A stretch of DNA of 64,000 nucleotides from Puccinia triticina. Lineage: Eukaryota. The stretch covers positions 372,001-436,000 of the forward strand of contig CP110439.1 in NCBI GenBank assembly GCA_026914245.1. Direction: 5' to 3'. The translations under genes and the position numbers were made by a program. How positions within the stretch are numbered: position 1 is the first letter of the stretch; each line of letters begins with the position of its first letter. Shown here one piece after another: positions 12,558 through 23,413 of the stretch. The notes below the pieces were generated by a model that was not told the origin of the DNA, searched no databases, and saw only the letters and a program-made list of their open reading frames with translations.

Positions 12558-14263
12558 ATGCAACCCGACCCGTGCTACGAGTGGAGACAAGCCGATGGCT
12601 CCAGACCATCCCCCCAGGACAATCAGTGCAACCGGGGCAGTCCAGACTCGGCGGGAAGCCAAGGCGCGGAAGCTGGGCAACAACCTCAGCAAGACCGACA
12701 TGATAACAGTCCAGATAATTGTTCGCGGAAGGATAACATCACCGAATCGCAAGACGAGCAAGAAGCTGACAATGAAGTATTGCGAGAGGAGTTGGTCAAT
12801 CTCTTGACTTGCCTCAAGCTCATCGACACCTCTTCCACCGCATTGTCTTCTTCTCCAGCGGCTGCCCTGTGGCCGCCTTCTTGTTCTCCCTGCACCGCCC
12901 AGGGCCTCGGCTCACACCTTCTCTTCAAACCCATCACTCTCGATTCAGGCTACTCGCTCTGTTCAGCTTGTTATGATGTCTATCCGCACGAGTTACCAGC
13001 TACAAATCAGCACCAGCAATGTCGTCAACCCCTGCCAGTCTTGACACTCGATGATAATCGTCACCTGGCTCAGCCAAGTCCGACGGTGAACTTCATCCTG
13101 CAAAAGGTCGTTCAAATCCTCCGTACCCTGCCCCCCAAACCAGCCGGTCATGCTTCCATCAGAAGCAACCTACGCGCTGAATTAGAATGCCCGCTCTGCT
13201 CACTGGTCTTCGATTCTCCAGTGACAATCTCATGTGGTCACGCTTTCTGCCGCTCATGCTTCCTTCGGGCACGTGACCATGCCGACAACTGTCCTGTCTG
13301 CCGACAGCCGTTCCTCATGGGCCCTCAGGCTGTCCCAGGAATTGACCTCTTGATTGACCGGATCATCCAGCAATGTCTCACTTCGGCACACAGACCAGCT
13401 TCGCCTGCCACCCTCGAGACCAATCACACAATTCCCTTGATGGTCTGCTCGATTGGATTCCCCGAGGTGCCGATGTTCTTGCAGATCTTCGAGCCCCGTT
13501 ACAAGCTGATGATCCGAAGAAGTCTGTCGACCGACCGGAAGTTTGGTATCGTCATCCCAGCCTTCGATCATCACCGGCTGTCTAACAACCAATTCAATCA
13601 CCCTCACTCAGCCGTCATTCGTCCAGCGGCACACCAAGATGGCCAGCCAACTTCACCGGTTCATCCCTTCGGGACAATCCTCGAGATACGAAAGCACGAA
13701 ACAGCGGTCGATGGAAGAATGCTGATCGAGGCCAGGGGATGTGACCGGTTCAGGATTGAGGGTCTCTTAGGATCGCTGGATGGTTACCTGGTCGCTAAGA
13801 TTCACGTCTTTGATGATATGCCCATCCAAGAAGGATGGCTGCCACCTCAAGCCAAAGAACAGACACCGGATTGTGATGTGTCTCTCGGCAACCATCTCAT
13901 CACCTGTCCATCAACCGAAAAATTAATGGACACGTGCAAAGAATTCATCGAAGTGTTGCGATCGGGTAGTTCTCCGTGGATTCTTGAACGTCTTTATGTA
14001 AGCCATCCACCTTCCATGAGACTAATGAGCTATTGATCAATATTTTTGGACCCCTGACTGAAAACTAATAGGACACCTTCGGTCCCATGCCGGACCTGCC
14101 TACTGAATTCACCTATTGGGTGGCCATGGTCTTGCCGATCTCAGACCAATACAAAGCAACCCTATTACCAATCATCAGCTACCGAAGTCGGCTCAAAATT
14201 CTTGTCCGCTGGATCGAAGTCCTCAAATCTCAATGGAACAGTCAAGGATGTCTGATTGTCTGA
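12558..14263 (+). CDS. RING finger + LON-N/PUA-like domain E3 ligase (CrgA/LONRF-like)
   Basis: RING ECPLC...CGHAFCRSC...CPVC plus a degenerate first RING. LON-N region LQIFEPRYKLMIRR..FG..GTILEI..DGR..IEARG..RFRI. One intron from ~13998, last exon DTFGPMP...WIEVLKSQWNSQGCLIV*. Confidence 0.9.
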
Positions 14264-14854
14264 ATTGCTCCAATACCAAGTCTCACAACGTTAAGATCAT
14301 GGCTCTTTGTCTCTTGCGTTTCTTCTTCCACATTTGGTACATTGTGTTATTCTATTCTTTCTACCAAGCATCCCAAGCATCAATTCCCCCCTGCTATCTG
14401 TGATTTTAAAACGCAAAAAAAAATGTGTTTGTTGTGCCGCCGCTCTCAACTCGTTCTGTCTCCTCTTGCTTCTCATAAAGGTCGATAAAATTAGTTTGCT
14501 CCCAGGTCATTCGCATTGGAGTCGTCGGGATTCATGGCACAGGCTTTCTCATGAGACTCACAAGACCTCCACAATATCTGTTTATGTTATTTTGATCTTG
14601 TACTTGTATTTGAGCTTTGATGTATGTTGTTTAGAGATATTTTCCGCTTGCCTCAATTATAAGGAAGACACGTACTGTTTGTGAACATCAGGGCATCAAT
14701 CAAAATAGATAAACTGTTACATTGTCCAAGTTACACACCGCGGCATTCAATTGATGACGCACAATTGATGTTGAGTGGAACTGAGATGGGAACTTATCTT
14801 CAAAGATTCCGGAGTCAGTCAAGTCTCTTGAATCCAAGAAGGGGGGGAACAGAC

Positions 14855-16465
14855 TCATTGACTATTCAAATAAGCCGTCCACCAGTCCACGAAATCGGCT
14901 TGCTGGACGCAGATGCCGAGGCTAACCAGGGCCTGGTTGCTCAAGCGACAGTCTCGCGGCCTCATCGTTTCCCCTTGGGCCGGCTTGGGAGGATCGGGTT
15001 GGGGGACCAGGTTCTTGGTCTCGGATTCGCTCAGCTTAAGAAGCTTGGCAAATACTAGGGAGATTGTGTACTTGGTGTATTGTTGCTCGGAGGAGAAATG
15101 CAAGATCGGCGGGAGTGGGTCTTTGTATTCTACAGAATCAAGTTTCAAAGTAAGCACATTCGTTGCTTGAAAACAAGCAGGACAGTATGTTTTAAAAAGT
15201 AACCTCAACAGAACTCACCAGCTATTGCTACCAATACTTTGGCCACGTCGTCAACAAGAGTAGGGAACCGAGTCGCCCAATCGTCCATTAACACTTTCTG
15301 ACCCTTTGCAGCCTTGTTGACCCCATCGAGCAGGACATTGATAGCTTTAATTTTCGTGGTAATCCAAATCAAGCACGGAAGAAAATTGTAAAGGTTAGCG
15401 GTTATATTTGGGCTTTGGTAAAACTTCAAAGATGAGGTACCTGACTCGTTGTTGCCTTCAGCTTTCCCGTATCTAAAGTCCCAGCCAATGTGAGCTTCTC
15501 TAAGTCACAAGAAAGAGGGGGACGGGGCAACTCAACAACACAGGGACACGGAGGGACACCGCGTTGCCCTTTTTGGTCACCGTCCTAAGCAATGCCTGTT
15601 CGCCTGCCAGCTTGGTCTTGCCGTATAAATTTGTTGGACTGACTCATGACAAAGTATCTCATTAGCTCATTGGATCATCCGTTGGTCGAGAGCTTGAGGA
15701 AGGGTTTACTTGGGAGTTGCTTCGACATCGTATCCACCCGGGGGAGCATTACCATCAAAAACTGTTTTTATTACGATTGATGGTGCGCATTTAGGTTTCA
15801 TTCACATCCCTCCCTTTTTTGGAGATTTGTTGATACATGTTTACGTACCATAGTCTGTGCAGATGTAGATCAATTTGAAGCCAACTTGGTTGGATAGCTC
15901 GGCCAGATGCTCGGTGACTCTGACGTTCAACTGGAAAGGGTTCGGGATCAGGCCAACGAATATACCTAATGATCATAGTTATATGCTGCCGATCCAACCT
16001 TTTGAGTTCCTTCCGGGTCTCTCTCAGCCACGTCCGGTCGTCTTTCAGCCGCACAGTGTATCATGACATCCGGCTTGAGATCATGTACCAGGGTTGAGAC
16101 CAGTTGTTCATCGCGAAGATCGACCTAGATCTCATTCGAAGCAGCTGTTCTCGGCTGTCTGTAATCCAAACATGCCCTAGATGTGTCTTGTTCTGCGCAT
16201 ACCTTTTGTAATCCTGGTCCCGATCGAGTGAAGGAGAGTGAGGTGACTGGAGTCATAGTACTGGCAATTAAGATCTTTTTTTCAACATCAAAATGTTTGA
16301 CTGTTCCTGCTTACCTTGATGATGAGGCTCGTCCCCTTTGTGTCTGAATAGATCAACGACGGCCCGTCCGAGTAACCCTGTATTCGTTGCATCAGTCATA
16401 TGTTTATGGAGGAAGAGAATCCATAGATGGGACTGACCCGATCCACCACTGATAAGGATTTTCAT
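14855..16465 (-). CDS. MAT2B-like / RmlD (dTDP-4-dehydrorhamnose reductase) family SDR
   Basis: Spliced: MKILISGGSG|LLGRAV, IHCAAERRPD, IYICTDY|VFDG, PTNLYGKTKLAGE (YxxxK), LRVPVL|YG, MDDWATRFPT.VDDVA, RPRDCRLS. Confidence 0.9.
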
Positions 16466-16925
16466 TTGGTCTACCCTTTCGATTTGGTTGAAGAAACCGG
16501 AGTTTGCGATTCTGCTCTCGCTGGATGTGATCCAGTCTCCGATCGGGTGGAATACAGACGTTACATAACCCGCCCCGGTCAACTCACCCCTAGTCCGTCG
16601 CTTCGGAGGGCATCAATGGTAGCGCTAGGGCGCCATGATGATGTTCATGGTGTACATATCACCAGATATTCTTTAATCATGGATCAGGGTGGAGCCCCAA
16701 ATGTCGCGGAGCACGTTATACTTTATGTGAAATTTGCAACAGGAGAATTCGGAGTCGTTCATCTGCTTGGATTTCCCTCCAAGTTACAACGCTCTAAAAC
16801 ATATACTGACGGATCTTGGCTATTCCAGGTCATGTGGGATTTGGATAAAAAAACCAGAAGTTTTTTGGATGGAAAGACAAGCAGATTCAACAAATAGAAA
16901 CCACAGGAGGCGATATCATTGATCT

Positions 16926-19009
16926 TCATGGGAGACGGTGGCTATTGATTATATTGATTAGTGCTCTAAAACATTCCTGTCGATGAATGTGCCGTATTAA
17001 TCTTTTCAAACTCTGATAGTCAAGAAGTCCCATTCCTTCAGATGCCATCGCTAACTTGGCGCGAACAGCTGCCTCAATCCATTGCAGATGATATCCAGTG
17101 AAATACCCCAGGTTGTTGATAAATGACCTTTCTGATTTGATGACTTCTTCAATGCAATCTTTGTGCATCAATTTCATGAAATTAATCGAGGCAGCTTCCT
17201 GGGATAAGTCGTCACCTGCGAAGGAGGGGTTTCAAAGTAAGACTTCAGCCACGATTTACAAGTCATGTGCTGGATTTTGGTCTTACCGATAAAACTGACC
17301 TGGGTTAAACGACCCAACTGGCCTATGAGGTGTTTCTTTTTCACTTTTCTCAGCTTGACCTGGTCATTTGGTATTCAGGTTGTTTTTTGATCAAAAGATT
17401 GAATCAAAATTCAGTTCCGAAACATTTTCGTATGTCCGAAGAAAATTCACAAAATGTAAAACTCACTGATAATTTTTTTATCAATCAAAGAGAGGGACTT
17501 AGAAATCTCGTCTAATTGTGCGTCGAGTTCCTTATTTGAATGCGTTTTGTCATGTACAGCTTCAAGAATCCATCAACCAACACATCCGGAGCTCAATATT
17601 TGAATTTAAAATTGAATCACTCTGCTTGGTAAAATGTCTACTTACCGTCCTGATATTCATGGATCTTAGTATCAAGTGCTTCTCGTGCTCGGAAGATTGC
17701 CCAATCTTATTATGATGGTTTGTCAATTAGTTTTTCAAGTAGAAATCCAGATTTAAAACTCAGCCCAAACAATCCTGCTTGCAGTGCTTTTCAAAGAAAC
17801 CAGATGATGCTTGTCATTACTCACCTTCATGCGACACAATACGACCACCCCTTAGTATTCCTTGTTCATCGCGAGAAGGTGTGCCTTTGTAGAGTTGCGC
17901 TTCAAGAAGAAAAAATTAAGAATTATGTTTAATACTAACATGAGCACCAGTGGCATTGAAAACAATTAGATTGAGTTGAGCCAGTTCTACTTACTTAGGT
18001 GTTGATACAGTCCGTTGAAAAATTGATCTTGTTTTGCCTTTTCAATGGACATTTCTATTATTATTATTATTATTTTCATTTCGTGATCAAAGTTCAAAAT
18101 TAGCTTTGGATTTCAGATTGCTTCAAACATAAGAGCGTTTGTATTGCTCAGCAGGAATAAGATATAAAGAGGTCAATGCACCACTTGCGTTGCGAGTTCA
18201 CGCGGGTCCACCCGGGCAACAAGTCATCCGGTTGAAGGATTGAGTGGTGGAACTTTTTTGCCTGATTATTAGATCAAAGCGATGAAAAGGAATACTCCTC
18301 ACCATATGAATCGTCGAAATGAGCACGAATTTCATCCGGTTCTGTGGGTCGTGAATCTGATTTTCGCTCTTCAATCATGATCCCTTTACCTTCTACATAA
18401 TTTGACAAATATCGATTATCGAAGAACATTGCGTTCAGGTTGATTAAAGAAGAAAAATGCGTTCAGGAAGGATCTCTTGGCTTGTCAAAAATGAGAGATC
18501 GCAAGTTAAATTTGACACTCACTTCTCAAGTCCCGATGAGCCTTGGTATCATCTGGAGCAATATAGGTGGAGGTTTAGAATCCTTCCTACATTTCGAGAT
18601 TTGCTTGCTGAGGTATCAAGAAGTTAGAACTCACCTTTCGCCAGTGCGGCATTTTTGAAACCTGAGACAATATAACAAACATCAACAACCAACACCAAAG
18701 AAGAAATTGAAAAAGAAAAGATCGCCGTACCATCCAAATCCCTAGTTTCAGAGCCTCCTCTGCCTAAAAGACCTTCAGAGGATACAAATGATCAACAACC
18801 ATTATTAATATCAAGCTGGGGCAAATTTTCGGCATCTTTTTCGCCTGAGGGAAATGCCTACTTTGATCTGCCAGATTTTTGCCACGTTTGAAAGCTCCGA
18901 CATCCTCGGCACATCTCTTCACCAAAGGTTTTTGAATTATAAGTGGATGGGCTGAAATGTTGTAGTAGCTTAAGAGCTGGGAGGCAACTAAAATCTTGGT
19001 CAAGAGCAT
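16926..19009 (-). pseudogene. Secreted-protein family gene, copy 1, apparently inactivated
   Basis: Signal-peptide-like start MLLTKILVASQLLSYYNISAHPL...VKR. Exon structure is parallel to copy 2. In the frame defined by copy 2 there are in-frame TAA/TGA codons in the ~18650-18530 and ~17370 exons. Last exon ...HKDCIEEVIK..MGLLDYQSLK. Confidence 0.65.
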
Positions 19010-19065
19010 GGCTACGAATAAAGCGGCGGTTTAAAAGTGAAACGCAAAGAAAATGATACTGGGCA

Positions 19066-19089
19066 GGGGGGGGGGGGGGGGGGGGGGGG
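19066..19089 (+). repeat. G24 homopolymer just upstream of secreted-protein copy 1
   Basis: 24 consecutive G. Absent from the aligned upstream region of copy 2 (~27920-27940). Confidence 0.9.
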
Positions 19090-19959
19090 ACCTGGTGGGA
19101 ATAGCCGAACCAGAGCCCATGGCTATTTATTATGTTATTTGTCTTCATTCTTGACAAAGAAATCCCTAGCATAAGCAGTTGTATCAAGAAGTCGCATGAA
19201 ACAAGTTCACAATTGCCTCGAAAAAAGATGAAACTTGACCTACCTGAATCTATTGGAGTTGAAGTGATACCCACCTGCCCTTGAAGCTATGTACCTATTC
19301 CGCGACATGATTATGGTAATCAACTCGCTCTCCCTTGAAGCAGGGCTACTGACCTAATTGCCGTTCTCCCCAGGCGGGGTGGTTAACACCTATTGCACTT
19401 AGCTGAGTTGGAAGAAGGGGCGCTTTGACACTAATCCTAATCCTCAAAGATAGCAGGCCAAGCAATAATTTTTTATCCAACCTGACACTTGGCCAATATG
19501 ATTGGAGACAATCAAGCAATGGTTTCAACAAGAAACCAGAACCAATCTGTATTTGTTGATCCTGCGTCCTCGACCATCTTGAGAAATCTGGAAGTGGACG
19601 CGGCAAACGGACCTTGGAAAGTTTGAGGTTGTGCTGGTACTGCTACATAGTCTCGAACTTGTACACCAACTGTGTCGCGTTGGGAGAACCACGAGGAGCA
19701 ATGGGCCTCACTCGATGGGTTGTGAGGCTGCACCATCAGCTTTATAGCCTGCCGAGAACGGTCTTACTGTTAACACGGCGGGTGATGCGCGGCAAGTTCT
19801 GCCCGTTTCTGCGCTAATGGTGGCCCACGGGCGCAGCTTCTCAGACCGTTATGTCAGGCGGGTGAAGTCATACATAAATTATGAACTGACCCAAGAGAAG
19901 AAGTCTGAATGCTTCAGGCCCACAAACAAAAATAGTGGGGATAGTTGGAGAGGAATCTC

Positions 19960-21182
19960 GAGGAGCGTTATAGATCGGAAGAGTCGGTTATGTAGTTTCA
20001 GGAGGGCCATTCTGACTCTACTGCCTTGAGTCGAGCGATCCTGTTTGGTAGAGATCCGACGGATACTTCGTCGCTGCCATCAATCTGTGGCCGGACGGCA
20101 GATGATTTAGATGATCAGGTCTACCGACTCACACCAGTCTCGTAACACTCACCATCGTAATATTGCCTTGAACTTGATCGGCCCGTCCAAGCCATATAAC
20201 CTACAATTCAGACAAACAAAACAAATTTAAAAATTAGTTGTGAAGTTTCCGTTATATTTGTTGCAGTGGAAATCTACGAAAAGGCTCATGCTGCTTAACT
20301 CAGAGACATATGCCGCAAGTTCGTCTCTGAACTTCCAAACGATAAACGCCTCAGCAGCGACAAAAGCAGATGAAGAGGGAACAGTGTGAGAGCTTGATGG
20401 TGGGATAGAAGAAGTGAATTGTTGTTGTTGTTGCTGCTTGGCTTTGATAGCAGTGGCAACGTAAAATTCAACACCAGCATGAGGTTCGTTGTGATCTTGT
20501 CGACAAACGTCTTCGAGTTCATCATAATGGTAGCGGACCTTCAGTGATTGCAGGTGATTGCTGCGTGGAGCCGTCAATGAACTGATGCGTCCGTAGGTCG
20601 TGGGATCTGCGATAAAGCTCTTTCAGCGTTCAACTGTTGAGATATTGTTTGATTTTCTTACAAAAACAAAGACGTAGGGAGACAAACTGAACTTGCGAAT
20701 CTCACTAGCCAGACCGTATTGGCTAAAGGCATCTTTAGAGACTAGAAGCCTGAGCCAAAGTATATACTCGGCAGGTAACAAACAACGGGTAACCATGATC
20801 CAGCGTATTATCATAGGCAGCAATTGGCGGATCCTGCAAGAAAAAACAAAACGAAGAGTGAGCACGTGTCATCCAGACACAAGCTGCCAGTGGTTGCTTG
20901 CTCAGAGACAGAAGGAAAAGCGGACGACTGACAAAACATTTCTCTAATGAACTCGCCAAGCTGGCTGAGTTTGACACGCCGAGCTCCAATCAACGTCGCT
21001 CAAGTAGGACGACTGGCAGGACTTCAAAGTTAGTCTTGCGGGTTGCGAAGTCTACAGACCCAGAGAGCAAATCAATTCATTAGACAAGGAGTAAGTTGTG
21101 CGTAGGAGTAAGAGGAGACAAGTACATACCTCAAGATAGCGGTTTGAGGGAAAGATTCATAGATCGGTCTGGCGATGCTATT
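19960..21182 (-). pseudogene. Degenerate duplicate of the 3' part of DIS3 (with introns)
   Basis: Colinear nucleotide similarity to ~29840-31120, e.g. TCTAATGAACTCGCCAAGCT, ACTTCAAAGTTAGTCTT and TGAGGGAAAGATTCATAGATC, with many indels. Confidence 0.9.
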
Positions 21183-21183
21183 A

Positions 21184-21510
21184 TGCTCGATTGGATTCCC
21201 GGAGGTGCCGATGTTCTTGCAGATCCTCGGAACCCGCTACAGCTTGCTGAATGCTGATCCGAAGTCCGTCGACCGACTGGAAGCTTGGTCTCGTCCGAGC
21301 TTAACAAAGCCTCTCTGGAGGAGAGCCCCGCAGGGTCTTCGGAGGCTGAAGACATCCTCGCGTTCGATCACCAGCTGCCCAACAGCCAATTCATCCGTCT
21401 TCACCCGGCCGATATCCGTCCGACGGCGCATCGAGAGGGCCAGTCCACTTCACCGGTTCATCTGAGGCCAGGGGATGTGACCGGTTTAGGATTGGCTTAA
21501 CTGGTCGCCA
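21184..21510 (+). pseudogene. Degenerate internal fragment of the RING/LON gene
   Basis: TGCTCGATTGGATTCCC..AGGTGCCGATGTTCTTGCAGATC matches 13446 onward (CSIGFPEVPMFLQI). Later ACTTCACCGGTTCATC and GAGGCCAGGGGATGTGACCGGTT match 13650-13750. Indels present. Confidence 0.9.
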
Positions 21511-22361
21511 TGGATGACATGGATGATGGTGTTTTTGAGCCTCTCCGATCCAAGCCCTTCGGACCCCCCTCCAGAGTCCAAATCAATTACAGAGGGAACT
21601 ATCACCGAAACCATACACATACAAACGTTCTTCCCTCAAGTCAATACCCCTCCAACCAAAGCATTATTTTATTTGGTTCTTCAAAGTCTAAGGTTAACCA
21701 ATTGGGTGTTTTTGTGCAGAGCAAAAATTAACCGCTTTCATGCAACGGAAACCTGGCCGCAGAGCCTGTTAGAGATTCACAGAGTTTTCCTCTTGGAAAA
21801 TTCCAACCGCATCTACGCCACTCAATTGAAGTAGATCCTACTGTAGGCAAAATACTTAATAGTACAAGGAGGATTGGGGATTACAGTTGGTGAGGGACTT
21901 GGATGCATACATCCAGGAAAACTCAATCAGGATGATTGGAAGACATCATTCTTTGAATGGGTTGTTCAATCTCTGGGAGTACTTTTCCAATAGATCCAGT
22001 GGATTCTTGGGACCTCTCAGATTGAAAAAAAGAGGCTTGGATGCAAAGAAAACAAATCTTTAGAGAGAAAAAAATGCTCATGAGAGATAACCAATGTTGA
22101 CACATATAGTCAATAGAAAGTATGACATATGCCTACAAGATTGATTCTAACAAGCTAATTTTTTATTATGATGATGATTATGGTGATCATGATGATGAAA
22201 AAAATCAAGAGAAAAGCAAATCCTACCCCAAAGTGGAATCAATCACAAAAAAAAATAAGCATGATTTTGCAAAAGATGACTATGATAAGTGAAAGGATTT
22301 CAGAAAAGATACCATTTGGCAACATGATCCTTCAAATTTGAGATCCATGGATTCTGGGATT

Positions 22362-23268
22362 GGTGAATCACAACACAAAAAATTCACATCATATTTGCAA
22401 GGTAAGTATAATTTTGATAACAGAATCTCATCATATGAAGTGGGTATCAAGGCTGATGTTGTTCATTGGAAAAAAAATCTTTGTAGAGCAAGGTTTGGAA
22501 GACATGGAAAATTTCCTGGTTGATTTGACAAAATCAATCCAAAAAGATTGTATTGAAGACATTCTTAAGGAGTTAAGGCCATATCTGACAAGAAAATTTT
22601 TTTTTGGTGTTGAAGATGTTGATTTAATTCAGGAAGATGCACGCAAGAAAGCAAATTTATTACATCAAGAAATGGGGCTTCTTGAATACAAGAATTTGAA
22701 ATTGTTGATGCAGAATCTACAATTAGAGGCAAGTATTAGACAGCTCATCAAGATAATCAATTTCAAAGACCCGGTGTTTTGGCCCTGATTCCTGAAGAAC
22801 TGTTGGATTCTGGGATTCTACAGTTCTTCAGGGCCAAAACACCTGACAAACCAACGTGGGTCTTTGACATTGATTATCTTGATGAGCTGTCTAATACTTG
22901 CCTCTAATTGTAGATTCTGCATCAACAATTTCAAATTCTTGTATTCAAGAAGCCCCATTTCTTGATGTAATAAATTTGCTTTCTTGCGTGCATCTTCCTG
23001 AATTAAATCAACATCTTCAACACCAAAAAAAAATTTTCTTGTCAGATATGGCCTTAACTCCTTAAGAATGTCTTCAATACAATCTTTTTGGATTGATTTT
23101 GTCAAATCAACCAGGAAATTTTCCATGTCTTCCAAACCTTGCTCTACAAAGATTTTTTTTCCAATGAACAACATCAGCCTTGATACCCACTTCATATGAT
23201 GAGATTCTGTTATCAAAATTATACTTACCTTGCAAATATGATGTGAATTTTTTGTGTTGTGATTCACC
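22362..23268. repeat. Long near-perfect inverted repeat (arms 22362-22803 and 22818-23268)
   Basis: ORFs 22360-22788(+) and 22818-23360(-) translate identically over ~130 aa. The left arm is flanked by the direct repeat TGGATTCTGGGATT (22348-22361, 22804-22817). Confidence 0.95.
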
Positions 23269-23413
23269 TTCATTTTCCTTAGCTTGGTCTGGTAATTCAA
23301 TAGATGCAAGTTGTGGGGTTTTTTTTTTTGTGATAAAAATTTAAGCTTTAGTTCACACACATTTTTCTTTTGATCAGTAACTTTTTTTATAAAACTTACT
23401 GACTACTCTCTTA

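Noticed and set aside
22360..22788. 142-aa plus-strand ORF as an independent gene
   Set aside because: It is the inverted copy of an intron-containing 3' piece of the secreted pseudogene and has no ATG start.
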